NCBI GenBank assembly: GCA_041601615.1
Contig: JBFIHX010000009.1
Coordinates: 1 to 64,000 of the forward strand
Reading direction: 5' to 3'
DNA length: 64,000 nucleotides
Source: Thermoplasmatota archaeon
Lineage (GTDB): Archaea > Thermoplasmatota > E2 > JACPAO01 > JAHFTW01
Positions 27,747 through 36,343 of this stretch are shown piece by piece. The position numbers and the translations under genes are program-made. The notes beneath the pieces were generated by a model that worked only from the letters and a program-made list of their open reading frames with translations, was not told where the DNA came from and ran no database searches. Within the stretch, counting starts at the first letter, position 1. Each line of letters begins with the position of its first letter.

Positions 27747-27849
27747 CCCATGGGACTCACGATGGGGCCTCTAAATCGAGGCGGAAAAATCGAGCGAAAA
27801 GGTGGGAAAGACTGGAGCGACAGCCAATGCCAGGATTTGCTTGGCAGCT

Positions 27850-28067
27850 GGGCCTCACTCGCAGTCAAACCTGCCTTCGCTATGCTCAGGCCCAGGTCTG
27901 CTCCACCCCTAACGGCGTGCAAGCACGCCGCCTGTCGCTGGTTGACTGCGTCAACCCGCTCCCGACGGGAAAAACCTCACTGCGTTCGGCCTTTCCCGCC
28001 GAGGGTCCGCTCGGCCCTGCGGGCCTCACTCGCTCTCAGACCTAGGCTACGCCCAGGTTTGACTGCG
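27850..28067. repeat. REP-like hairpin cluster with duplicated and inverted copies of the ALDH 3' end
   Basis: Direct repeat GGGCCTCACTCGC (27850, 28021); 14-bp inverted repeat 27860-27873/28054-28067; hairpins CGGCGTGC-AA-GCACGCCG and GGTTGAC-TGC-GTCAACC. Confidence 0.75.
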
Positions 28068-29687
28068 CTCATGTGTAAACTGCAGCAGGTAGTAGCGGCC
28101 GCCGGCGCCGGTGCCGGTCGATCCGCTCCATTTCCAGCCCACGAAGGACTGGCCGTTCACGACGGCGGCGGTGCAGCCTCCGGCGGTGCGGTTGCAGTAC
28201 GTCACGCCCGACTCGATGTTGTCGAAGAAGTACGTCTGCTCTACGAGATCTTCGCTCATGACGCCGGCGGTAAGTCCGTATTCGACCTTGTTGTATTCCT
28301 CCACGGCATGCTCCAGGCTGTCGACGATGCCAATGGCGGCAAACGGCATGAAGAACTCCTCTCGGAAAACACGGTGGTCGAGGGGGAGGCCGGTTACGAG
28401 AGTGGGCCGGAGGTAGTGGCCCTCGGGGGTGCCGTCGGGGCGCACGCCGCCGGTGAGGATTGTACCGCCGTCGGCTTTGACTTGGGCAACGATTTCGTCG
28501 TAGAGTTCGAGCTTGCGTGCGTCCACCACGGGGCCCATGAAGGTGCCCTTGTTGCGGGGGTCGCCGACGGGCGTGGCGTCGGTGAGTTTGACGAGGCGTT
28601 CGATGAAGTCCTCGGCGACATCCTTGTGGACGTAGACGCGGCTGCATGCGCTGCACTTTTGGCCGCTGAAGCCGAAGGCGGACTTGTAGACCCCCTGCAC
28701 AGCCTTGTCGAGGTCCGCGTTGCTTGTGATGAGCACGGCGTTTTTGCCGCCCATTTCGGCGATGAACGGCTTCGGGTGGCCGGATTCCATGCGCTTTTGC
28801 ATCGCCATTTGGCCGATGCGTTTGCTGCCGGTGAAGACGAGGCCGTCGATGTCGTCGTTTTCGAGCATCTCGGCGCTGACTTCTTCATCGGGGCCGGTGA
28901 CGAAGTGCAGCACGTCGGTGGGGATGCCGGCGTCGCGCAGGCAGTTGAACACCCACCAGCCACTCAGGCAGCCTTTGGTGCTGGGTTTGATGATCGCGGC
29001 GTTTCCGGTGATCAAGGCGCCGATCGCCATGCCGGCGGTGATGGCCACGGGGAAGTTGAAGGGGCAGACGACACCGAAGACGCCGACGGGCTTGCGAATG
29101 CTTCGGCAGGTCTCGTTCGGGAACGGCTTGCCCATCAGCATGTCGAAGCCGGCCATTTCGCGGTATTGGAGCGCGTAGAAGTTGGCAAAGTCCACGCCTT
29201 CGTCCACGTCGATGCTGGATTCAAAGCGGGTTTTGCCGGTCTCCCAGGTCATGACGGCGCACAGCTCATAGAACCGCTCAGCCATGAGGTCTGCGGCTTT
29301 CTCGACGAGGGCAGCGCGTTCGGCCCAGGGGCGGGCGGCCCACACTTTTTGGCCCTTCTTGCTGGCGGCGATGGCGGCGCGCACATGGTCGCGGGTGCCG
29401 TTTTGGTAGTGGCCGACGGTGACGGTGGTGTCCATGGGGCTCAGGACCGAGAACGTGCTGCCGGTGTCGATTTCCTCGCCATCGATGACCATCGGGAGGG
29501 TCGCTCCGAGTTGGGATTGGATCTTGGCCACGGCGGCATCAAAGAGGCGATCGAACTCTGCCATGGTGCCGTTTTGGTCGTGGCGCCACCAGGTGTTCTT
29601 GTTCTCGAATCGGTTCAAGCGCTCTTCGACGACGCGCAGAAGCTTGCCGTCCTCACCCCGGACCACCGGGTCCATCGTGACCTGCAT
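28047..29687 (-). CDS. Aldehyde dehydrogenase, P5C dehydrogenase (RocA)-like
   Basis: PFNFP, FTGS, AEMGGKN, FSGQKCSA, EEFFMP, YGLTAG. Confidence 0.9.
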   Translation of the reverse strand: MQVTMDPVVRGEDGKLLRVVEERLNRFENKNTWWRHDQNGTMAEFDRLFDAAVAKIQSQLGATLPMVIDGEEIDTGSTFSVLSPMDTTVTVGHYQNGTRDHVRAAIAASKKGQKVWAARPWAERAALVEKAADLMAERFYELCAVMTWETGKTRFESSIDVDEGVDFANFYALQYREMAGFDMLMGKPFPNETCRSIRKPVGVFGVVCPFNFPVAITAGMAIGALITGNAAIIKPSTKGCLSGWWVFNCLRDAGIPTDVLHFVTGPDEEVSAEMLENDDIDGLVFTGSKRIGQMAMQKRMESGHPKPFIAEMGGKNAVLITSNADLDKAVQGVYKSAFGFSGQKCSACSRVYVHKDVAEDFIERLVKLTDATPVGDPRNKGTFMGPVVDARKLELYDEIVAQVKADGGTILTGGVRPDGTPEGHYLRPTLVTGLPLDHRVFREEFFMPFAAIGIVDSLEHAVEEYNKVEYGLTAGVMSEDLVEQTYFFDNIESGVTYCNRTAGGCTAAVVNGQSFVGWKWSGSTGTGAGGRYYLLQFTHERSQTWA

Positions 29688-29725
29688 GAGGTCGGGCACT
29701 AGAAGGGGGCCAAAAAACCGAGGGG

Positions 29726-30076
29726 TCAGAGCAGCGCGGCGTCGATGCGGGCCAGAGCACCTTCGAACTCTGCTCGGGCTCGCAGGAGTTGCTCGTGCGG
29801 CGGCGGGCCATGTTCTCGTGCTGTCGCCTCGATGTCTTTGCACAGGCGCGACAAACCAACGGCACCCATCACGGCAGCACTGGACTTGAGCGTGTGCGCG
29901 GCGCGATCCAAATCCTCCATGCGACCCGCCGCAAGCGCCGATTCCATGTCCGCAAGATAGTTTTGGCCAGTCTCGCGAAACAGTCGAACGATTTCATGAA
30001 AACGATCATCCGGCAGCGCCGAACGTAGCCCCTGGAACGTCGGAACATCGAGCACAAGTCTGCATGAGGGCGCCAT
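29726..30076 (-). CDS. Hpt (histidine phosphotransfer) domain protein
   Basis: AHTLKSSAAVMGA motif in a helical bundle. Confidence 0.9.
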   Translation of the reverse strand: MAPSCRLVLDVPTFQGLRSALPDDRFHEIVRLFRETGQNYLADMESALAAGRMEDLDRAAHTLKSSAAVMGAVGLSRLCKDIEATAREHGPPPHEQLLRARAEFEGALARIDAALL

Positions 30077-30204
30077 CTAGAAAACCATCGGGCAACATTG
30101 AGCCGACCTTATCGAGCGCCCCCGCAGCCTATTCCCGAGTCCGGCGCACGGCACCCAAACATTGTGACGCCAAGGACCATAAACCAACAGGGGCCGTTAG
30201 AACC

Positions 30205-30894
30205 GTGGACGAGGCAAACCGCCGCGTCACTCTGCTTGCCGCCGTTCTCACCGGACAGGCCGCCATCAGCCTCGGCGCCCTCCTGGTGGGGCTCCTGGGT
30301 GGCCTAGATGCCCTGCTGTTTCTGGCTCCCGTCGACTGGGGACTTGGATTCTTGGTCAACCGCAACGGTGCGCTCGGCATCGCCGCATTGCTGTATTTGC
30401 TCGGCACCGCCACCTTCGCCACCGCCGCCGGGAAGCTTCGCAACGGAGACCCGGGCGCTCGACGCTGGATATTCTTAGCCGCCGTCGCCGGCTTCACGCA
30501 AATGCCCACGGGCGTCGTTTGTGCGGCGTACGGACTGTGGATCGTCAAATGCGAAGACTTCGCCGAACACCTCCAAATTGCCCCCGTGTTGTCCGGGCGC
30601 GGCCTCCAGCGTCTCGTGGTTGCATGGCTCCTGGCCAGCAGCATCGCCGTCATTGCTGGAGCCGCCAGCGTCGCGCTCCTGTTTGGCCCCACCGTGCCCT
30701 TTGGCCTCCTGGGAATGCTCGCAGCCACAATGCCTCAAGCGGGATTGCTGCGCATCCTACACAAGCGCATCCAGGACGACGGACAGTTGCTGCCCGCCCT
30801 GCCGCCGCTGCCGCCTTCGCCCATGCCGAGCGCCCCCGCCCCCACGATTCCAGCCCCGCCGGGAACATCGCCCGACCGGTCGCAGGAGTCTTGA
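30205..30894 (+). CDS. Membrane protein
   Basis: Multiple TM helices; AR.......MPTG...YGLW motif similar to the next gene. Confidence 0.65.
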   Translation: MDEANRRVTLLAAVLTGQAAISLGALLVGLLGGLDALLFLAPVDWGLGFLVNRNGALGIAALLYLLGTATFATAAGKLRNGDPGARRWIFLAAVAGFTQMPTGVVCAAYGLWIVKCEDFAEHLQIAPVLSGRGLQRLVVAWLLASSIAVIAGAASVALLFGPTVPFGLLGMLAATMPQAGLLRILHKRIQDDGQLLPALPPLPPSPMPSAPAPTIPAPPGTSPDRSQES

Positions 30895-30916
30895 GGACCC
30901 AAGCACATGATGCATC

Positions 30917-31357
30917 GTGGAAGGCACCTTTGAAGCGCCACCGGGCATGGTCGCACCCGACGCACCGGCGCCCCCGTTCAAGGACCGCACAGGCGCCGTA
31001 AAGGTCGCCGCAGGACTCAACCTTGCATGGGGCGGACTTCTGTTGCTGGCCGCCATCATCGCCGGCATCGGAATCGGCACCGCCATCGACTACTCCATCC
31101 AAGACGGCGACATGCGCTCAGCGAACGAACTCGAAACCATCCGCAGCATGGTCGTCACCATCCTCATCCTCATCGGGCTACCCTACGTCGTCGGAGGCGC
31201 CGCCGTGCTAGCTCGTCAAAACTGGGGCCGCGTGCTTTTGTTCACCGTTAGTGGCCTCGGAACGCTCCTGATTCCGTTCGGAACCATCATCGCCATCCAG
31301 AGCTTCTGGGCACTTACCCGCCCCGGTGCCGAGCCGTGGTTCGGAGGCCGCCCATGA
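30917..31357 (+). CDS. Membrane protein
   Basis: TM helices; WGR...IPFGTII...FWAL motif. Confidence 0.7.
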   Translation: MEGTFEAPPGMVAPDAPAPPFKDRTGAVKVAAGLNLAWGGLLLLAAIIAGIGIGTAIDYSIQDGDMRSANELETIRSMVVTILILIGLPYVVGGAAVLARQNWGRVLLFTVSGLGTLLIPFGTIIAIQSFWALTRPGAEPWFGGRP

Positions 31358-31875
31358 AATCCCTCGCCGCACAAATGTCCGTCTACGCCGCCTACCACCG
31401 CAACCCGACGAACCGAGCCATCCACTACCTCTTCGTCCCCGCCATCGTCTGGACCCTCATGCTCGCACTCGACCACCTCGACATGGGCACCGTCGCAGGC
31501 GTCCCCCTCACCGCCGCCATGCTCGTCACGGGAGCCCTCCTGGTCTGGTACCTGTTGCTCGACTTTCTTCTCGGACTCGCCGCGACCGCCTTCTTCACCC
31601 TCCTACTGGTCGCCGCCATCACCGTCAACGAAGCCCTAGGGCTCGCAAACAGCCTCTGGCTCGCCGGCGGCCTCTTCGTGGCAAGCTGGATCTTCCAATT
31701 CATCGGCCATGGCGTCTGGGAAAAACGACGCCCCGCACTCATGGACAACCTGTTTCAGGTCTTGGTCGCGCCGATGTTTCTGGTGGCCGAAACCGCCTTC
31801 GCACTCGGATTCAAAAAAGAAATCCAAGCAGAAGTGCAGGCACTGATGGTCGAGCACCTGCCCAAAAACAACTAG
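31354..31875 (+). CDS. DUF962/Mpo1-like membrane dioxygenase
   Basis: YAAYHRNPTNRAIH, FQFIGH, EKRRPAL. Confidence 0.9.
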   Translation: MKSLAAQMSVYAAYHRNPTNRAIHYLFVPAIVWTLMLALDHLDMGTVAGVPLTAAMLVTGALLVWYLLLDFLLGLAATAFFTLLLVAAITVNEALGLANSLWLAGGLFVASWIFQFIGHGVWEKRRPALMDNLFQVLVAPMFLVAETAFALGFKKEIQAEVQALMVEHLPKNN

Positions 31876-32501
31876 CTACCCCGGGAATGAACCCCAGAAT
31901 TCCACGGCACCCGCAGATGCCAAAATCAGTACCTCCTCAGCGTTGAGCTTTCGGTCATTCGGGGATATCAAACCCTCTCCCTGGGATAACGTCATCACAG
32001 GAGGTTACTGCGGCATAATAGAGCCGGGTCTTCTGTTGATGAGTATGATAGCGAGCCGTTAAAGGCTTCCCATAATGAGAAAATGGGCGCCTGGGCTGAG
32101 GATACTGGGGGAGGCCGCCCTGAAATCGGGGGTAAAAAAAATCGGTGAGCGTCGAAAATGGGGAGACGCGGGCGCCGTGACATTTGGTTCTGAGTTGCAA
32201 AAAAGTCGCTTTCGCTTTGCAGTCCGGAGCAGACGCTGGGCGATCTACCGGAGGCGAGGCGTTTACTTTGCTGATGTGTTGGCCTGGATCTTTGGTTCTG
32301 AATTCGGCTCTGAGCTTGCCGCAAGTGCCAAACATGGTATGCGTGCCCCGGCCGGTTCCGCCACACGATTTGCGGCAGTTGGCATCACATGAAACGGAGC
32401 CCCCGTCGGCCCGAACTGTGACCTAATTCGGCGATAGGGGCGGGTAGTGGGCCCGTGCAAGAATCAGAGGGTGGTGTGCCGTGGTTCCAAGAAGATCTTG
32501 C

Positions 32502-33575
32502 TCAACACACAATGTCTCCATACGGCCACTCCAATGCCATAATGGCAACGAGCTCTCGGCTCTTATGGGGGTTCATGGACCAATATTGTGAGGTGGCGAG
32601 GTCTAGCAGAGGCACAATCATGTCATCACTCGCTAGGGTGATTGACTGGGCTTGATACTGACCAATCATACTCGTGGCTGTTTCTGCGGGAATCGTGGTA
32701 GGAGGCACAAGGAAGGTAGCATTGGCCCAACCGGCCTCCATTTCCTTCCACAGCACCGCTTCCGTCCAGTTCCAAACGTAGAACCACTCCAGTTCAGGTA
32801 GGAGAACGCGCACGAGGCGACCGTAGGGTGTACTCACATATGCTTCGTCGCCTTCTTCGGATTGTGCGGCAGCGTTTTCGATGGCCGCGTCCAAATATTT
32901 CCGAGCCTGAGCGTAATGGGCGTCCATGTCTACGGATTCGCAGGGGGTCTCGTCCCAGGCATAGCGTTCGATCATGCCTTGGAGCAACGCCAAGTTGGTC
33001 GACGCAGCGTGAAGATTCAGGAACGCATCCATGCCAGTCCAGGGATTTCGAGCACCCTCGCCTGTTCCATTGTAGGCACTCCAGGCGCGGGCGGCGGACG
33101 TTTTGGCGTCTTGGATCCAGGAGAATTCCTGCGCTATCCAGCCCTTGAATTCCAGGTCCACCACGGTCCCAGGAACCGTTTCATTGTAGGCCTCGAACAC
33201 TGCTTGCATGCGGTTCTTTAGGTCGCCGGTGAGGTTTGCGTGCAAGGCCGTGGCATTGCCGTTGGACATTGAGTCCCTGGCGATGCGCTGCGTCTGCTCT
33301 CGGTGGGCTTCGGTGCAGATAAACAAGGTACTACGAAGCGCATCGAATGGATGGTCCTGGCCACGTTCGAATATGCCTGCACCGCTTCCTTGCGCACACG
33401 CTTCGGCCACGGAGGCCATATCCTGGACCAGAGATTGCAAGGGAGCCAAATCATTAGGACTTTCCATGAACAAAGGGGGAGCAGGAGAAGTCTCCTCGTG
33501 CGTTTCAGGCGCTGCACATCCTGCCAATAGGAGCACGAGCAACAACGTCTTCATCGGAGTGGGTTTGAAATCCAT
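32502..33575 (-). CDS. Helical lipoprotein of unknown function
   Basis: LLAGC lipobox; immediately downstream of the repeat protein. Confidence 0.75.
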   Translation of the reverse strand: MDFKPTPMKTLLLVLLLAGCAAPETHEETSPAPPLFMESPNDLAPLQSLVQDMASVAEACAQGSGAGIFERGQDHPFDALRSTLFICTEAHREQTQRIARDSMSNGNATALHANLTGDLKNRMQAVFEAYNETVPGTVVDLEFKGWIAQEFSWIQDAKTSAARAWSAYNGTGEGARNPWTGMDAFLNLHAASTNLALLQGMIERYAWDETPCESVDMDAHYAQARKYLDAAIENAAAQSEEGDEAYVSTPYGRLVRVLLPELEWFYVWNWTEAVLWKEMEAGWANATFLVPPTTIPAETATSMIGQYQAQSITLASDDMIVPLLDLATSQYWSMNPHKSRELVAIMALEWPYGDIVC

Positions 33576-33581
33576 GGTCCC

Positions 33582-35576
33582 TCAGGCGATGTATGCCGCT
33601 CGTTCCAATTGGAAGGCGATGGGGGTGTACTTGAATTCCGCGCCAGGCTGGACGTAAGCAGTACCGCCGCCCCAGAAGCCTGCCCCCGAGGTGAGTTTGT
33701 ACCCAAAGTAGCCCCGTTCCATGGCTTGGACCGGCAGAGTGCCTTCTACGACGCGCGTTTTTCCACTGGACGCGCCGCCATCCCATCCGCCGTTAAGGCG
33801 GAATCCCTTGGCACCACCCTCGTTCATTTTGTACCAGTGGGGCGGGCACATGCCATCCTCCAATTGGTCGAGGTATTTCTCGCTGAGGTAGTTCACGGCT
33901 TTCCACATTTTCTTGAGTTTCTGTGCGTTTTTGTGGATCTCGTCGCTCTGCAAGCGCATAATATCCCACCACAAGGGGCAGGTGCCAGCGGGGTCCGTGT
34001 CGCGCTCGTCAATGTACACGTTGGAGACGTCCGAGATACGGATTGAACCGCTTCCTGGAGCCGCCGAGATCTGCCCGAACGGGACCATGCTCATTACATG
34101 GTACGATCCGTGGTTGCAATAGGCATCCACCGATCGGATGCCGTAATTGTGGCACTCGCTGCCCTTGTAATGCGAACCCATTCCGAGCGTGTAATCCGAT
34201 CCTCGGCGGGGGCGTTCGGGGGCAGTCCAGTACCCCGCGAATCCAACATTGCCGCCCCCGTATGTCTCCATGTCACAGGTGTTGAAATATGTGAAATCGA
34301 ACGTGAATACGCCGCCGCCAAGGATCACGGTGTCGTAGCTTTCCGCAGAGCCTTTAGAATATGGATCAGCCATGTAGTCGTTTTGTACATTCTTCACCTG
34401 CATTTTCGTGTAGCAGGAGTTGCTGGACTGCATGGTGACTTTCGGTGCCCATGCCATGGGGTCGTTGAGCCCCATGCCCGATCGGGAACAAACGTAGGGA
34501 TAGTTGCACAGGTCCGGCCCACCCCCGCAGACATAGGGGTAGTCACATAGGTCGGGCCCACCACCGCAAACCAGGGGATAATTGCAAGGATCAATGTTCC
34601 CGACTGCCTCCACAACGGCGTCCACATATGGTTGCACATTGGGTCCGCCGCCACAGACGTACGGATAGTCACAGGGGTCGATATTGCCTACCGCTTCCAG
34701 CACGGCATCAATGTAGGACTGCACATTGGGACCGCCACCGCAGACATACGGGTAGTCACAGGGTTCGACGTTTCCAACCGCTTCGAGGATCGCATCGATG
34801 TAGTCTTGCGGGTCTGGCCCGCCGCCACAGACGTAGGGATAGTCGCAGGGGTCTAGGTTTCCGACGGCCTCCAGGATTGCATCGACGTATTCTTGCGGGC
34901 CGGGAGCGCCGCCGCACACGTAGGGGTAGTCGCAGGGGTCTGGGAGGCCCGTGCAGACGTAGGGGTAATCACACGAATTGAGGATGCAGGCCTCATCACC
35001 TTCTTCTGTGCACGCGACGACCTCTGCTGTCGCGCCCGCCTTGTAGATGGGGTTAAAGACGTACACTTCGCCGTCGAGTTGGAGGATGTAGTCGCCCGCG
35101 CTCACGGGGACTACCTCAAAGCTGACTGTGCCAGAGGCAAGGCCGCTCGTGGTCTCCAGTTTTGCAGTGGCTGAAAACTCGACGGTGCCAAAAGGAGACA
35201 CAATCTCCAGCGAGACAATCGAGCCTTGAACGAGAGTCGTGTCCCGTGTAAACTGGACCCAAAGATCCGTGCTTTCCGCCGACACGGGGACGGGGTTCAC
35301 GACCGCAGGCACTCGACCCGCTTCAAGGATTACGATGGCCGGACGATACGTGAACGCGGCCACATCTGCTGGAACGAACCGTGCTCCGAAAAGAGCCTCA
35401 GTTCCTGGCACATTTATGATCGGAATTTCATTAGGCAAAGTCGGGGGAGGGGGCAGGACGCCTTCTAGAACACCTACATCGACCTGTACTTTCACGGGCG
35501 CCTCATCAGCAGATGTTAGCGGGAGCATGCTGAAGATGACAACAGCAATGAACAACAGTTGTGGTTTTGATCTCAT
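33582..35576 (-). CDS. Secreted protein with central CDYPYVC repeats and an unrecognised C-terminal domain
   Basis: Signal peptide; eight C(D/N)YP(Y/L)VC repeats; AT-rich promoter region upstream. Confidence 0.8.
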   Translation of the reverse strand: MRSKPQLLFIAVVIFSMLPLTSADEAPVKVQVDVGVLEGVLPPPPTLPNEIPIINVPGTEALFGARFVPADVAAFTYRPAIVILEAGRVPAVVNPVPVSAESTDLWVQFTRDTTLVQGSIVSLEIVSPFGTVEFSATAKLETTSGLASGTVSFEVVPVSAGDYILQLDGEVYVFNPIYKAGATAEVVACTEEGDEACILNSCDYPYVCTGLPDPCDYPYVCGGAPGPQEYVDAILEAVGNLDPCDYPYVCGGGPDPQDYIDAILEAVGNVEPCDYPYVCGGGPNVQSYIDAVLEAVGNIDPCDYPYVCGGGPNVQPYVDAVVEAVGNIDPCNYPLVCGGGPDLCDYPYVCGGGPDLCNYPYVCSRSGMGLNDPMAWAPKVTMQSSNSCYTKMQVKNVQNDYMADPYSKGSAESYDTVILGGGVFTFDFTYFNTCDMETYGGGNVGFAGYWTAPERPRRGSDYTLGMGSHYKGSECHNYGIRSVDAYCNHGSYHVMSMVPFGQISAAPGSGSIRISDVSNVYIDERDTDPAGTCPLWWDIMRLQSDEIHKNAQKLKKMWKAVNYLSEKYLDQLEDGMCPPHWYKMNEGGAKGFRLNGGWDGGASSGKTRVVEGTLPVQAMERGYFGYKLTSGAGFWGGGTAYVQPGAEFKYTPIAFQLERAAYIA
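34488..34973 (-). repeat. Intragenic repeat array (four 29-aa units plus 13-aa short units)
   Basis: PCDYPYVCGGGP.....(V/I)DA(I/V)(L/V)EAVGN units with synonymous divergence. Confidence 0.9.
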
Positions 35577-35639
35577 ATTTTTCCTCTTGGGCAGTTGCCC
35601 GATCCTTCTGAATGTGAAGAAGGGGGTAAAAGTTTGCTT

Positions 35640-35712
35640 GAAGGACCAATATATCTAGCTAGTTTGGATAATAAAAAAATACTATAATAATTATATATAT
35701 TCAATGCAAATC
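35640..35712. promoter_or_regulatory. Very AT-rich promoter/operator region
   Basis: ATAATAAAAAAATACTATAATAATTATATATATT upstream of 33582-35576. Confidence 0.5.
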
Positions 35713-35746
35713 AAAGACTAAGGCGGTGAAGGGGCCGGGCTTGCGC

Positions 35747-36025
35747 CTAGTAGCCGAGGTTTGCTAGAAACTGGTCGATTACCGAGTCGAAATGCACAAT
35801 GACAAAGCCGGTTCCGATGATATCATCAACCCCCGTCACGCACTCGGGCAGTAGTGGGTCGGCCCACTCTGCATGATAGTGGGGCTTGAGCGTATCATCG
35901 CAATTTCCGCAGTTTTGGCCGGACGTGTAGATGCACGGATGTGCGGATGCACTCGGGACGACCGTAGCAGCAAGCATGGCGCCCATCAGCAACATCAGAA
36001 CGATTCCTGTCGTTTTTGTATTCAT
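35747..36025 (-). CDS. Small secreted Cys/His-rich protein A
   Basis: Signal ending ASA, then HPC...CGNCDDT...HYH...CV. Confidence 0.75.
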   Translation of the reverse strand: MNTKTTGIVLMLLMGAMLAATVVPSASAHPCIYTSGQNCGNCDDTLKPHYHAEWADPLLPECVTGVDDIIGTGFVIVHFDSVIDQFLANLGY

Positions 36026-36058
36026 TATTTCACTTCCTCGCGACCTACTGGGTCGCAA

Positions 36059-36343
36059 TTATGCTAAGGTGATGAAACTCATAAAGAGCATAGCTAAGTT
36101 GGCATGTTTTAGCCAGAATTTGGCTTCAATAAGGTTGTTCACATCGCCGACAGGATCAAAGCTGACGCAGCGGAAGTTCAAGTTGTGGTCGAAATGGGCG
36201 TGTGACCCGGTGTCGTCAAGGCAAGGGCCACAAGACGCATCGGTTGGTACGCAGCCATGCGCCGCAGTATTAGGAACCAGAGCGACGAGGGCGTTCGTGC
36301 ATAGCACCGCGAGTAAACATAGGGTTCGTGTCTTCATGTTCAT
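36059..36343 (-). CDS. Small secreted Cys/His-rich protein B (paralog of A)
   Basis: Signal ending TAA, then HGC...CGPCLDDT..HAH...CV; ATGA overlap with the upstream gene. Confidence 0.7.
   Translation of the reverse strand: MNMKTRTLCLLAVLCTNALVALVPNTAAHGCVPTDASCGPCLDDTGSHAHFDHNLNFRCVSFDPVGDVNNLIEAKFWLKHANLAMLFMSFITLA

Noticed and set aside
27495-29702. Long antisense or alternative-frame ORFs (also 6357-7955, 25063-26736, 49829-51475, 51472-52950)
   Set aside because: Shadow ORFs caused by high GC3 on the opposite strand of recognisable genes.
31880-32500. Genes or an IS end in the island's left flank
   Set aside because: The ORFs are not protein-like; only short inverted repeats and a twice-repeated TTTGGTTCTGA are present, insufficient for a call.
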